Positions 50,984 through 60,900 of a stretch of DNA of 64,000 nt are shown piece by piece. Where the stretch lies: positions 55,978-119,977 of the forward strand of contig JAVRCV020000083.1 in NCBI GenBank assembly GCA_034530615.2, read 5' to 3'. The translations under genes and the position numbers were made by a program. A model generated the notes under the pieces. It searched no databases, had not been told where the DNA came from, and was given only the letters and a program-made list of their open reading frames with translations. How positions within the stretch are numbered: position 1 is the stretch's first letter; every line of letters starts with the position of its first letter. This stretch comes from Aulosira sp. ZfuVER01. Lineage in GTDB: Bacteria; Cyanobacteriota; Cyanobacteriia; Cyanobacteriales; Nostocaceae.

Positions 50984-51465
50984 TCTGACATTAATTACCT
51001 ATCTGAACAACAAAGAGAATATTAATTTTTCGGCAATCACCTCAGTTTATGAAGAAAGGTTAAGAGTTAAGAACACACTACTTATAAACAAAAAAAACTG
51101 CTGAAACAACAGTGGCAAGATGCAATCAAATGTAAAATTTCTAGAAACCTTTTTTCTTCTACGGAGTCTGCTGAATCATCCACACTCTCTAATTCATACA
51201 GTAGATAAAGCAGAAATAGTTACCTGATGACTCCAGAATTTTTCGTATTCCCAAAGTGAGAGTAAATTTATGCCTATTGTGTGTTGTATGTTCTATTTTT
51301 TATAATTAATTACTGCTATTTGAGTATGCTAATTTCAGGAAATATTGAACAAGAGGATTTTATTTGAGCCAATTCTTCTCAAATTTGTCACAATAGAATT
51401 TACCTGCAAAAGTACCTTTTGCAAGGAGTCTCATCTCTATCTCACTAAACAAAGGTAAAAGTATC

Positions 51466-51744
51466 ATGCAGACAACTTTAGAAGTAGTTCAGGCTGCTGT
51501 TAATGCTGCTCAAAATGGCACAAAAACTCTTGAGCAAGCCATTCTTGAAGCTATTACTGAAGCGCGTACAACTTGCGATCGCAACGGCAGCGATTCTACT
51601 AATTGTGCTGTAGCATGGGAAATTGTGGAAGAATTGCAAGCCCAAAAAGCTCATCAACAGCAAGCAAAAAAACGCAAAACCGATTTAGAAAGATACTGTG
51701 AGCAAAATCCACAAGCAGTTGAGTGCTTGATATACGATGTTTAA
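51466..51744 (+). CDS. cp12: Calvin cycle regulatory protein CP12
   Basis: N-terminal Cys pair (TCDRNGSDSTNC), AWEIVEEL core, C-terminal pair YCEQNPQAVECLIYDV. Confidence 0.92.
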   Translation: MQTTLEVVQAAVNAAQNGTKTLEQAILEAITEARTTCDRNGSDSTNCAVAWEIVEELQAQKAHQQQAKKRKTDLERYCEQNPQAVECLIYDV

Positions 51745-51795
51745 AAAGGGTTAAGGGTCAAAGGTAAACAATCTTCAGTTATTTCTCCCTTGTCT

Positions 51796-52608
51796 CTATT
51801 TCAAATTAGCCACAGCTGATTTTGTAATGTGCTGAATTGCTTCTAAATCGGGCGATGGTGTTTCGCTATCCATTCTCAACCATAAAAGATATTCGATATT
51901 TCCAGCAGGCCCGGTAATTGGCGACCAAGTTAAACCTTGGTATTTCCAACCTAATGCTTCAGCCGCTTGTAATACATGGAAAATCGCGTCTGCTTGGTCG
52001 TTTGGGTCGCGCACCACGCCTTTTTTACCAACGCGAGATTTACCGACTTCAAACTGTGGCTTGACTAATAATACTGCTTCGCGGGGTGGTTGAGTTAGTT
52101 GCCACAAAGCAGGCAATATCTTAGTTAAGGAAATAAACGATACATCTACAACTGCTAAATCAGGTATTGAGTCAGCTTCACTATACAATTGCTGTGGTTG
52201 TAGTTGTCGCAGATTGGTGCGTTCCCGCAAAATCACCCGCGAATCATTGCGCAACCGCCAGTCAACTTGTCCATAACCGACATCAATACCATAAACTTGT
52301 TTGGCTTGAGCTTGTAGGAGGCAATCGGTAAAGCCACCTGTAGAAATCCCACCATCTATACAAATCCGCCCTTCGACAGGAATTGCAAAGATTTCCAAAG
52401 CTTTGGCAAGTTTCTCTCCACCTCTAGAAACAAAGCGCGATCGCTCTTTAATATGTATTTGAGATGTAATATCAACTTCTGTTCCAGGTTTATCAACAAC
52501 CAGCTGATTAACGCTGACTTCCCCCGCCTGGATGAGTCGCTGTGCTAAGGCGCGGGAAGAACACAAGTTTCTTTCTACTAAGAGTGTGTCGAGTCGTTGT
52601 TTAGCCAA
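51796..52608 (-). CDS. tlyA: TlyA family rRNA 2'-O-methyltransferase (S4 + FtsJ-like)
   Basis: KQRLDTLLV, FVSRGGEKL, DGGISTGGFTDCLLQ, DVSFISL, VKPQFE, SPITGPAGNIEYL. Confidence 0.93.
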   Translation of the reverse strand: MAKQRLDTLLVERNLCSSRALAQRLIQAGEVSVNQLVVDKPGTEVDITSQIHIKERSRFVSRGGEKLAKALEIFAIPVEGRICIDGGISTGGFTDCLLQAQAKQVYGIDVGYGQVDWRLRNDSRVILRERTNLRQLQPQQLYSEADSIPDLAVVDVSFISLTKILPALWQLTQPPREAVLLVKPQFEVGKSRVGKKGVVRDPNDQADAIFHVLQAAEALGWKYQGLTWSPITGPAGNIEYLLWLRMDSETPSPDLEAIQHITKSAVANLK

Positions 52609-52685
52609 TCTTTACTTCCACCAATGTTTGTGCTTCCTAACCCATTTATTCGTAATCCTGAATTTTTACCTTTTTAGAATCTTCT

Positions 52686-54869
52686 TCATTGGGTTTCTTC
52701 ATTCTCATCATAATTAAACATTAAAACAAATTTTTGTTTTGGTAAAACTAACATAGGTAGATATATAGGATGTCCATCCCATCTCTTAATTTTTTCACCT
52801 TTTTGGTAGCAAATAATTAAAGTTGGGACATCTGGAAATTTCTCTTTTGCTTCTAATGACCACCTACCCGATCCAAAGCCAAACATCCATTCAAAAGGTT
52901 CTTTTCTTGTCATATCTAATCCTTGATTATTATTTTTTTCACCTCTACGAACATTTAAACGTCCTTTTTCCATACCCTTTGATTTCATATCTTTTAACCC
53001 TTTAATAATCCGTTTATATTCCCATTTTTCTGAGGAAACATAATGACTTTTTGTATAACTAAGAATTTTAATCATAAAATCTATATCTATTTCTGCATAT
53101 AAATTATTATCTTGGTAATTCATTAAAAGTTTTTCCATCTCTTTAAAATTTTCGGAAATCTCTTCTTTTTTATAGGCTGGATTTTGAGGAAAAATTAATG
53201 ACCCTGGTACTAATACATCAATAACTGAAGGGTCTAAAACGCCAGAACGAGTTGGTTTGAGATTTCCTCCTATCCAAACGGGTTGAAGTTTTATATTATG
53301 AATATCGTCTCCAATCGCTTGGCGCATAGATTCATCCGCTTCGTGAATAGAACGAAAAGCATCTAATATATGTTCCGGTAAAAAGAGACGAGTAACATCT
53401 TTTAGATGTGAACGATAACCATACATTCGAGCGTGTTGATGAACTGTGTCCATCATTTTTTGTTTTGCATCACGCCCATAATAAGTTACCATTAAGCCTT
53501 CGATTGTCACACCTCTTCCTAACCTATTTCCTCCTATTAATATATTCATGCCAGGATTATAATTAGGCTCTTTTTCAGGATTATTAGCATTAATTATTTT
53601 AGGAATTGCACGTCTTAATTGAATTTTTAACTCGTCTATCAATTCATTAAGTGGAGGTAAATCAATAGCAGTTTTATTTAACTCTTTATAAGCTTCCTCT
53701 AACCATTTTATTGCTTTTTTGTTTTCCGTTGCCGAACTTTTACCTCTAACTGCTTGATCCAAATTAATTACAAATTGGCTAATAACCTTTTCTAGGACAC
53801 TATGTATATCTTGCTTATAACAAATATGAGCTAGAAAAGAATATTTAGCATCTTCTTCGCCAGAAGATAACATTTTGTAAGTTGAACCAAGAAAGAAGCA
53901 ACATAGTGCAAGCCTTAAACCTTCAGGGATAATCCACTGATTACCAGGATTAATTGAACCTTTCTGTTTTTTCAAGTCATCAATTTCTTCAGCATCTACA
54001 ATACAGTAATATTTACTGTTATCAACAAAAAATAACTCCCCTCCCATATAACTACCTCCAGGTTTTGGTAATGCTGCACAAAACTGCGGCTTACAAGGAT
54101 GAGAGAGCTTTTGTAATAATAAACTTTGGGGAGTAGCTGTAATTTGAATATAAATATGATTAGCTACTTCTTGACGAATCTTACCTATTTTTTCAAAAAT
54201 TGTACTATCAGATATCGTCGCTTTCCCTTGTTTAGCTTGTTTAGATTCATTTGTATTTAAACTAGCATTATCTGCTTCATCATCAAAAATCAAAGTAGGA
54301 ACATCTTTAACCTTGGCTGTTTTTAAAACCTTGAGTAAATTATCCAAATGATGAACATTTTTTGTTGAGACTAATACAATTCCTGTATCTTTTATGTATG
54401 GTACAACTTTAGTTTTTGCAAAACCTATAGGATCTTTTTTCCATGCTTCCCAATCAAAAAAAACAGGGCCTCCTTGAACTTGATTGTTAAAACGGTTAGC
54501 TGTTTGTTTTCCTAACCATGTATTATCAGAGGTTAAAACAATAAAACAACGAAAATTGTTTTCATGAGCTAATGCTAAAGTTGCAATAGTGGTGTTGGTT
54601 TTACCACTTTGCACTCGACCATAAATTAGCCCTGTTGTACCATTGGGGATAGGGTCGTTTCCTTTATAATGTTGACTCACCAAACCTGTACTATTTTTTC
54701 CTACATCACCATAACCAAAATTTTCTGAATAAACATTGACACAGTTTTGAACAATGTCAATAGCAGTCTCTTTTAGTTGATTAGCTTCTTTTTCTCCAAT
54801 TTTTTTCCCTAATCTATTAATTAATTTATCAATACAAGAACCATTAATCTTAATAAGAGTGTTTGTCAT
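52686..54869 (-). CDS. Z1-domain protein with SF2 helicase-like ATPase motifs
   Basis: Walker A GRVQSGKT, Walker B LIFDDEAD, motif III ITATP, YMGGELFF, IGGNRLGRGVTIEGL, DTVHQHARMYGYR. Confidence 0.88.
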   Translation of the reverse strand: MTNTLIKINGSCIDKLINRLGKKIGEKEANQLKETAIDIVQNCVNVYSENFGYGDVGKNSTGLVSQHYKGNDPIPNGTTGLIYGRVQSGKTNTTIATLALAHENNFRCFIVLTSDNTWLGKQTANRFNNQVQGGPVFFDWEAWKKDPIGFAKTKVVPYIKDTGIVLVSTKNVHHLDNLLKVLKTAKVKDVPTLIFDDEADNASLNTNESKQAKQGKATISDSTIFEKIGKIRQEVANHIYIQITATPQSLLLQKLSHPCKPQFCAALPKPGGSYMGGELFFVDNSKYYCIVDAEEIDDLKKQKGSINPGNQWIIPEGLRLALCCFFLGSTYKMLSSGEEDAKYSFLAHICYKQDIHSVLEKVISQFVINLDQAVRGKSSATENKKAIKWLEEAYKELNKTAIDLPPLNELIDELKIQLRRAIPKIINANNPEKEPNYNPGMNILIGGNRLGRGVTIEGLMVTYYGRDAKQKMMDTVHQHARMYGYRSHLKDVTRLFLPEHILDAFRSIHEADESMRQAIGDDIHNIKLQPVWIGGNLKPTRSGVLDPSVIDVLVPGSLIFPQNPAYKKEEISENFKEMEKLLMNYQDNNLYAEIDIDFMIKILSYTKSHYVSSEKWEYKRIIKGLKDMKSKGMEKGRLNVRRGEKNNNQGLDMTRKEPFEWMFGFGSGRWSLEAKEKFPDVPTLIICYQKGEKIKRWDGHPIYLPMLVLPKQKFVLMFNYDENEETQ

Positions 54870-54878
54870 AAATTTATA

Positions 54879-55343
54879 TTATGCTGATAAAACTACACTT
54901 GGCCAATTATTTTGGGGTATTGTATACTCTAAAGGAACTCGTCCTGTACCTTTAACATAATAACTACCTCTTAACTCTCTTTTTACAGAAATACGTTGTT
55001 TAGCCAAACCTTCACTAGAATTAATAATTGTCCATAATTGTTCTTCCGATAGACAGCAAATACCATCTCGATGGCAAATCAATGCTATAAACATTTGGAC
55101 ATCAGGATAACTGTTGTGGAATTCTTCTACTGCTATTTCTTCTTGTGCACTGAAGCTAAATGACCAAGAAGAATTTGGTTTTCTGGATATTTTGAATAAG
55201 ATAGCAGATTCTTTATTTATATTTTTTATAAAATAAAGAGATGGATGAATAGAAGATAAATAACTTATAGATATATAAGATGTTCCTTTAAGGAGCCGAA
55301 GAAAAGCTGCGCCATGCAAAAATTCTAGATCGTTAATACTCAT
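54879..55343 (-). CDS. Hypothetical protein, possibly restriction-endonuclease-like fold; operonic with the Z1 gene
   Basis: 154 aa; EFLHGAAF...ILFKISRKP..SWSFSFS..E...FIALIC..DGICCL; stop lies 9 nt before the Z1 start. Confidence 0.75.
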   Translation of the reverse strand: MSINDLEFLHGAAFLRLLKGTSYISISYLSSIHPSLYFIKNINKESAILFKISRKPNSSWSFSFSAQEEIAVEEFHNSYPDVQMFIALICHRDGICCLSEEQLWTIINSSEGLAKQRISVKRELRGSYYVKGTGRVPLEYTIPQNNWPSVVLSA

Positions 55344-55716
55344 GAAACTATTAGCAAGTAGAAATTAAATATTATGTTATATATTTTACAATAAAATTTT
55401 AAGTATGCTTTTAGAAGCTAAGATATTCGCTTGTTTATTTGTATTCAAAAAAGTAACCATACTCTGCTAATGAAGCTAGAGCGCGATGTATTGAGTTTTT
55501 TTGTCTGGAATGGACTAGTACAGCTTGGCACAAAGAATACCAAGTTGCAAAAGTTAGTCTTGCTTGGAAACAAGATCTTTCTTGGAGAGACTACCGAGAA
55601 ATAATATGCTCAAAGATAACTTTGGTATGAGCAAACTCTGGAAACCAGATAAAAAATTTAGCTCTGTGAGTAGAAATGTAAATATAATTACAAAAGTTCA
55701 TATATAGGAACAGAAC

Positions 55717-56196
55717 ATGGCTAAAACAACTTCTTTTGCGATTCTTGCACCTGTTCCGGAGATGCACTTGCTGTCTGCATTAGAGACAATAGACAAACTA
55801 GAAAGCGAATTAAGCGATGAAACTATCAAAGTCGCTTTTGGTAGCATGGCGTTTGAAGTATTCCGCAAAGCCGATGAATTACGTGGAGATAAAGAAGTAG
55901 AAGTATTAATTTATGCTTCTGACTGTATAGATCAACCATTAAACTCGGAAGCCTCTTGGCAGGCTTTATATATTGGCCATGCAAATTCTCGTAATGGAAG
56001 ATATCCGGGTAAATCTAAGTTTCGCCCGTCATCTACGGCAACTGATAAACCTACTTGGGCAGTTTTTTGGGAAGTACAACAGTTAAAACGGCTGAAAACA
56101 CCAATTGCCATAGCTACTCTCAAAGCTTTGGGTAAAAAGACCAACTATGCTTCTCGATTCACCCCTGAAGGCCCGTTGCTCATCGAATATTACTAA
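55717..56196 (+). CDS. Hypothetical protein, possibly PUA/ASCH-like fold
   Basis: 159 aa; AGGA RBS; AILAPVPEMHL...VAFGS...VLIYAS...FWEVQQLKRLKTPIAIATL. Confidence 0.75.
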   Translation: MAKTTSFAILAPVPEMHLLSALETIDKLESELSDETIKVAFGSMAFEVFRKADELRGDKEVEVLIYASDCIDQPLNSEASWQALYIGHANSRNGRYPGKSKFRPSSTATDKPTWAVFWEVQQLKRLKTPIAIATLKALGKKTNYASRFTPEGPLLIEYY

Positions 56197-56549
56197 TTTT
56201 TTTACTGATTTTGACTATGAACTTTTGAGGAAAATTTGTAACGTCAGTACCCTCAAAAGTCAAACAATTGTGGATTTTAGATTGATTCAGAGATAAATCT
56301 GCTTGCTCTGTACCATCAAGGAATTATTGGTAATGTTCAAGATTATTTAATTTTTAGCATAATTGCTCATTGGCACAAGCAATATTATTTTAATGTTTAA
56401 ACTCAAGCTTGGTAATAGTGAAGAAAAATTTCAAAAGATTGTTTATTTCGCACTTCTCTGTTTATTAAAAAAAGCGATCGCTTTTCCTAAGATTTTTTAG
56501 CGATCGCCGTTGATATTTTTCAGGGTAGACATTTGCCTACCCCTAATAT

Positions 56550-57059
56550 CTAGATATCTGTCTCGCTCAACTCACGAGTGATATGGTCAAATGGTTCATC
56601 TACAAAGGCTGCATTAGCTACACCTGCTGCTGCCATTTGTTCTTTGACAAGTTCTTTCATAATTTGAACACCACGAACTGTTGGGCCAATAGGAACTCCT
56701 AAAGAATTGTAAGTTTCTCGTAGCCCTTGCAGCACTCGCTCATCCAAGACATTGGTATTACCCGCAACCAGCGCGTATGTAGCATAGCGCAAGTAGTAAT
56801 CCATATCCCGCAAACAAGCTGCATAACGACGAGTTGTATAAGCATTGCCACCAGGGCGAATCAACTCTGGCAGTTCTTCAAATAATTTAATACCAGCCTG
56901 CTTGACAATTGCAGCAGCATTGGAATTGATTGTTGCCGCAGCTTGGACTCGTGCGGTACCACTTTCAAAGTAGGATTTTAAGCTGTCGAGTGCATTCCGG
57001 TCAAAATACCGTCCAGCTACGTCATAATTCTTAATTAAACTTGTTACTGCATCGCGCAT
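56550..57059 (-). CDS. apcF: Allophycocyanin beta-18 subunit
   Basis: MRDAVTSLIKNYDVAGRYFDR, RPGGNAYTTRRYAACLRDMDYYLRY; 169 aa from ATG at 57059. Confidence 0.95.
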   Translation of the reverse strand: MRDAVTSLIKNYDVAGRYFDRNALDSLKSYFESGTARVQAAATINSNAAAIVKQAGIKLFEELPELIRPGGNAYTTRRYAACLRDMDYYLRYATYALVAGNTNVLDERVLQGLRETYNSLGVPIGPTVRGVQIMKELVKEQMAAAGVANAAFVDEPFDHITRELSETDI

Positions 57060-57277
57060 TCTGGTTTCTCCCAATCATTACTATCTATGGTTTGATATTT
57101 ATTTGGCTGCTTTCATCCACAGTCATTTTTTGTGCCAATTACAATATGGATTTCGGCACAAAACAATCTATCCGCTACTTAAGGATTCTATGCCAAAGTT
57201 GCCCCCTATGAGATGATATGTTTGAGTTTTGTACAGATGTTAGGGAAAGGTTAAATAACCTCAAAACTAGAAGATCT

Positions 57278-57320
57278 GTAACAAAAACTACAAATTTTCT
57301 TAATCTCCTATCCTTAGGAT
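57278..57320 (+). promoter_or_regulatory. NtcA-activated glnA promoter
   Basis: GTA-ACAAAAAC-TAC (57278-57291), 23 nt, then TAGGAT -10 (57315-57320). Confidence 0.85.
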
Positions 57321-57416
57321 ATTCCAGGTGTGTCACAATTGGGTTCAGCTCAGCAGGGTCAGCAAGCTTTGAAGATTCTAGATTGAGTTTATTTAATTGG
57401 CAGAGAAGGAGTAACA

Positions 57417-58832
57417 ATGACAACCCCACAAGAAGTCTTGAAATTGATTCAAGACCAAAAAATTCAGATGATTGATCTGAAATTCATCGATACACCAGGG
57501 ACATGGCAGCACCTCACCGTGTACTACAACCAAATCGATGAAAGTTCATTCACTGATGGCGTACCCTTCGACGGTTCCAGTATCCGGGGTTGGAAAGGCA
57601 TCGAAGAATCAGACATGACAATGGTCCTCGATCCAAACACTGCCTGGATCGATCCGTTCATGAAAGAGCCAACACTAAGTATAATTTGTAGCATTAAAGA
57701 ACCCCGCACAGGCGAATGGTATAACCGTTGCCCCCGCGTGATTGCCCAAAAAGCAGTAGACTACTTAGTTGCTACTGGACTTGGTGACACAGCTTTCTTT
57801 GGTCCAGAAGCTGAGTTCTTCATCTTTGATGATGCGCGTTTTGACCAAACTGCCAACGCAGGTTACTACTACGTAGACTCCGTAGAAGGGCGTTGGAATT
57901 CTGGTAAAGATGAAGGCCCCAACCTCGCTTACAAGCCACGCTTTAAAGAAGGTTATTTCCCAGTTGCGCCCACGGATACTTTCCAGGATATGCGTACTGA
58001 AATGTTGTTAACAATGGCGGCTTGCGGCGTACCCATTGAAAAACAACACCACGAAGTTGCCACTGGTGGTCAGTGCGAATTAGGTTTCCGCTTTGGTAAG
58101 CTAATCGAAGCTGCTGACTGGTTGATGACTTACAAATATGTCATCAAGAACGTTGCCAAGAAATATGGCAAAACCGTCACCTTCATGCCAAAACCAATTT
58201 TTGGTGATAACGGTTCGGGTATGCACTGTCACCAGTCTATTTGGAAGGATGGCAAACCTCTATTTGGCGGTGATAAGTATGCTGGCTTGAGTGACATGGC
58301 ACTGTACTACATTGGTGGTATTCTCAAACACGCACCAGCGTTATTGGGAATCACAAACCCCACCACCAACTCTTACAAGCGCTTAGTACCTGGTTATGAA
58401 GCACCAGTAAACTTGGCTTACTCCCAAGGGAACCGTTCGGCTTCTGTCCGCATTCCTCTGTCTGGTACTAACCCCAAAGCCAAGCGTTTAGAGTTCCGTT
58501 GCCCAGATGCTACCTCTAACCCCTACTTAGCATTTGCTGCCATGCTTTGTGCTGGTATTGATGGCATCAAGAATAAAATCCATCCCGGCGAACCCTTAGA
58601 TAAAAATATCTATGAACTCTCTCCAGATGAGTTGGCGAAAGTTCCTTCGACTCCAGGTTCTCTAGAACTGGCATTAGAAGCCTTGGAAAACGATCACGCT
58701 TTCTTGACAGAAAGCGGTGTATTCACAGAAGACTTTATCCAAAATTGGATTGAGTACAAGCTAGTTAACGAAGTGAAGCAGCTACAACTACGTCCTCATC
58801 CCTACGAGTTTTATCTGTATTACGATTGCTAA
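57417..58832 (+). CDS. glnA: Glutamine synthetase type I
   Basis: [71 protein letters not shown]. Confidence 0.98.
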   Translation: MTTPQEVLKLIQDQKIQMIDLKFIDTPGTWQHLTVYYNQIDESSFTDGVPFDGSSIRGWKGIEESDMTMVLDPNTAWIDPFMKEPTLSIICSIKEPRTGEWYNRCPRVIAQKAVDYLVATGLGDTAFFGPEAEFFIFDDARFDQTANAGYYYVDSVEGRWNSGKDEGPNLAYKPRFKEGYFPVAPTDTFQDMRTEMLLTMAACGVPIEKQHHEVATGGQCELGFRFGKLIEAADWLMTYKYVIKNVAKKYGKTVTFMPKPIFGDNGSGMHCHQSIWKDGKPLFGGDKYAGLSDMALYYIGGILKHAPALLGITNPTTNSYKRLVPGYEAPVNLAYSQGNRSASVRIPLSGTNPKAKRLEFRCPDATSNPYLAFAAMLCAGIDGIKNKIHPGEPLDKNIYELSPDELAKVPSTPGSLELALEALENDHAFLTESGVFTEDFIQNWIEYKLVNEVKQLQLRPHPYEFYLYYDC

Positions 58833-58852
58833 TTGCAATAACTATCGTTAAA

Positions 58853-58955
58853 AGGCAGGAGGTGAGGCAGCCCCCGTCTTGGCGGTTCCCGTCGTTAGCG
58901 CTAGCAGTAGCGAGGAACGAGCGTCTGGGGGACTGCCGAACCCGAAGGGCAGAAG
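58853..58955. repeat. Nested SDR-like palindromic repeat in the glnA 3' region
   Basis: GGCAGCCCCC...GGGGGACTGCC encloses CGTTAGCG...GAGCGTC; ends in CCCGAAGGG as at 15799 and 28388. Confidence 0.65.
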
Positions 58956-59021
58956 GGAAGAAAGCTGATGAGATAAGTTTTTCTACCTTTTGCAACTTAA
59001 TATTTCTTGCTGCTAATTTTT

Positions 59022-59050
59022 AAGCCACCCTAGGAGGGTGGCTTTTTTTT
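59022..59050 (+). terminator. Intrinsic terminator of glnA
   Basis: AAGCCACCCT-agg-AGGGTGGCTT followed by a T tract. Confidence 0.8.
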
Positions 59051-59073
59051 AGAGTTAATCACGGTATGGATGC

Positions 59074-59104
59074 AAAACCCCCTTCAAAATTAAGGGGGCT
59101 TTTA
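59074..59104 (-). terminator. Probable terminator of gifA
   Basis: AAAA-CCCCCTT...AAGGGGG-CTTTT hairpin between the convergent genes. Confidence 0.55.
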
Positions 59105-59180
59105 TGAAGGCTAAGACACCTGATTTACCATTCATGGTGTATAACTATTCTCCTTCAACTCAGCTAATAGTGCTTGCAGC

Positions 59181-59381
59181 CTAACTCATACCCGCGTGGC
59201 TGCTGCCATACAGTGTCCGTGCAGCCTGATCTACCTTTCCTTGAATGGGGTTCCAGTAGTGGGACATTTCTTCAGGAAGACCGAGTTCTTGTGCACTACG
59301 CATCAGCATCGATTGTTGGCGTTTCTTGACTTCTTGATATTGACGCACCATGATTGCACGAGATTTTTCTTGAATAGACAT
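59181..59381 (-). CDS. gifA: Glutamine synthetase inactivating factor IF7
   Basis: MSIQEKSRAIMVRQYQEVKKRQQSMLMRSAQELGL...YWNPIQGK; convergent with glnA; GGAGG RBS. Confidence 0.92.
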   Translation of the reverse strand: MSIQEKSRAIMVRQYQEVKKRQQSMLMRSAQELGLPEEMSHYWNPIQGKVDQAARTLYGSSHAGMS

Positions 59382-59440
59382 AACTTAGTCCTCCCTAATT
59401 TTTTACTTATAGTTGATTTGATTTAATCTCCTCTCTAATT

Positions 59441-59472
59441 AATATAGCAAACAATTCTGTAACCAATGTTAC
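59441..59472 (-). promoter_or_regulatory. gifA promoter with an NtcA site in a repressing position
   Basis: GTA-ACCAATGT-TAC at 59459-59472, only 12 nt upstream of TATATT (-10, minus strand, 59441-59446). Confidence 0.8.
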
Positions 59473-59932
59473 AAAATGAGCTTTTGCAATAAAACTTAAT
59501 ATTGATGAGTAGCTTTGTTGGGAGAAACATCATTTTTTATGTGGCTGAAATACTTATTGAGCTTAGACATCTGGCTTTGGGATGCTCTAAAAGCAAGAAG
59601 TACACTTGCCTTAAGGTCGATTGCTTATTCGTTACACTTTTTTATATTTGAAAGGTAAAAGTCTCAGAAACCTCAAAACTGTGATGTAGAGTTCAAAATA
59701 CCCTACAGAAATCGGCTCTTCTGGTGTCTAAAAAATTCAAAAATCTTTTATTCTGGGTTTCTACAGGATTTTGAATGGTATTTTTTGATAGCGATCGCCA
59801 AATACGGGCAACTCTCTAACTCTGTCTATCAGAGTATTTTTTTGAGTGCGGCAGTGCGAGTGTACTAGTGAAGGCTAACTACGCTACCATCAAAAACAGA
59901 TGAAAACAGAGTTTATAAAAGTTCATAAACCT

Positions 59933-60826
59933 ATGACAGTTATTTACCCACGGAAATTTCAAAATGCGATGAGTGCGAGAGATATCCTGCAAAGGGTAGT
60001 GCGCGATCGCGAAATCCATCTAATTACCCTCAATCGCTACCGTTACAGCGAACAACGCAGTTGCAAAGACCTAACTGAGGTAATTGAACAACTAGATGGA
60101 CAGCCCAAGGAACTAATCAAGGATTTGTCCCACCATATATCAGATGAAGCTCGTCATGCCATGTGGCTGACTGATTTACTCATAGATTTGGGCGCAAATA
60201 TTGGCAAGCCACCGGGTTCTTCCTACATTGATGAATTTGATCGTCTGATAGACCGAGAATCTTTTAATGAAAACAGCAACGTAGAAGACGGTATGATTGC
60301 GGCGTTAGCAGCGATTAATATTACCGAAAAGCGGGGTTGTGAGTATTTCTCTGCCCACATCTACGCCTTGAAAAAAGCACCACAAACTGAAGAAAACATC
60401 AAAATCCGCGAAACCATTGAAAAAATCCTGCCAGAAGAAGCCGGACATGTCCGCTGGGGTAATCGCTGGTTAGCACAAATCGCAGATAAAAGTCCAAAAC
60501 ATCGGCAAAAAGTTGAGCAAGCCAAGCGCAAGTATGCCGCAATTGAACAAGCAGCATTTGAGTCAGGTATGGATATAACTTTAGGCGCAGAATTGCGACG
60601 GGTTGCCAACTTAGTAGAAGTAGCAAATACCATGCCGATGTGGCAACGTCCCCAGTACCTTATGGAACGTTTACCGCAAACGTTGCTAGCACCTGAATTG
60701 CAGTTACTCAGGATTGAGGCAGCGCAAAGGACTTGGCAGCGCGATCCTCAAGCATTCATGGAGAAATTTGTCCCCATGTTCCTCAATAGTATTCAGAAAC
60801 AGGAGAAAACGGAGACTAGAGATTAG
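59933..60826 (+). CDS. Ferritin-like di-iron domain protein
   Basis: Paired ExxH motifs DEARH and EEAGH, plus YSEQ and ITEK carboxylate helices. Confidence 0.8.
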   Translation: MTVIYPRKFQNAMSARDILQRVVRDREIHLITLNRYRYSEQRSCKDLTEVIEQLDGQPKELIKDLSHHISDEARHAMWLTDLLIDLGANIGKPPGSSYIDEFDRLIDRESFNENSNVEDGMIAALAAINITEKRGCEYFSAHIYALKKAPQTEENIKIRETIEKILPEEAGHVRWGNRWLAQIADKSPKHRQKVEQAKRKYAAIEQAAFESGMDITLGAELRRVANLVEVANTMPMWQRPQYLMERLPQTLLAPELQLLRIEAAQRTWQRDPQAFMEKFVPMFLNSIQKQEKTETRD

Positions 60827-60900
60827 GGACAAGGAGGACAAGGGGGACAAGGGGGACAAGGGAGAAATAACCAATGCCCATGCCCCATACCCCATGCCCT
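60826..60900. repeat. Short tandem repeats (GGGGACAAG nonamers and CCCATGC-type heptamers)
   Basis: GGGACAAGGAGGACAAGGGGGACAAGGGGGACAAGGG; CCAATGCCCATGCCCCATACCCCATGCCC. Confidence 0.75.

Noticed and set aside
52443..56474. HIP1 absence as proof of horizontal transfer
   Set aside because: A comparable gap occurs at 6304-11343 and AT-rich DNA has fewer sites anyway; kept only as weak support
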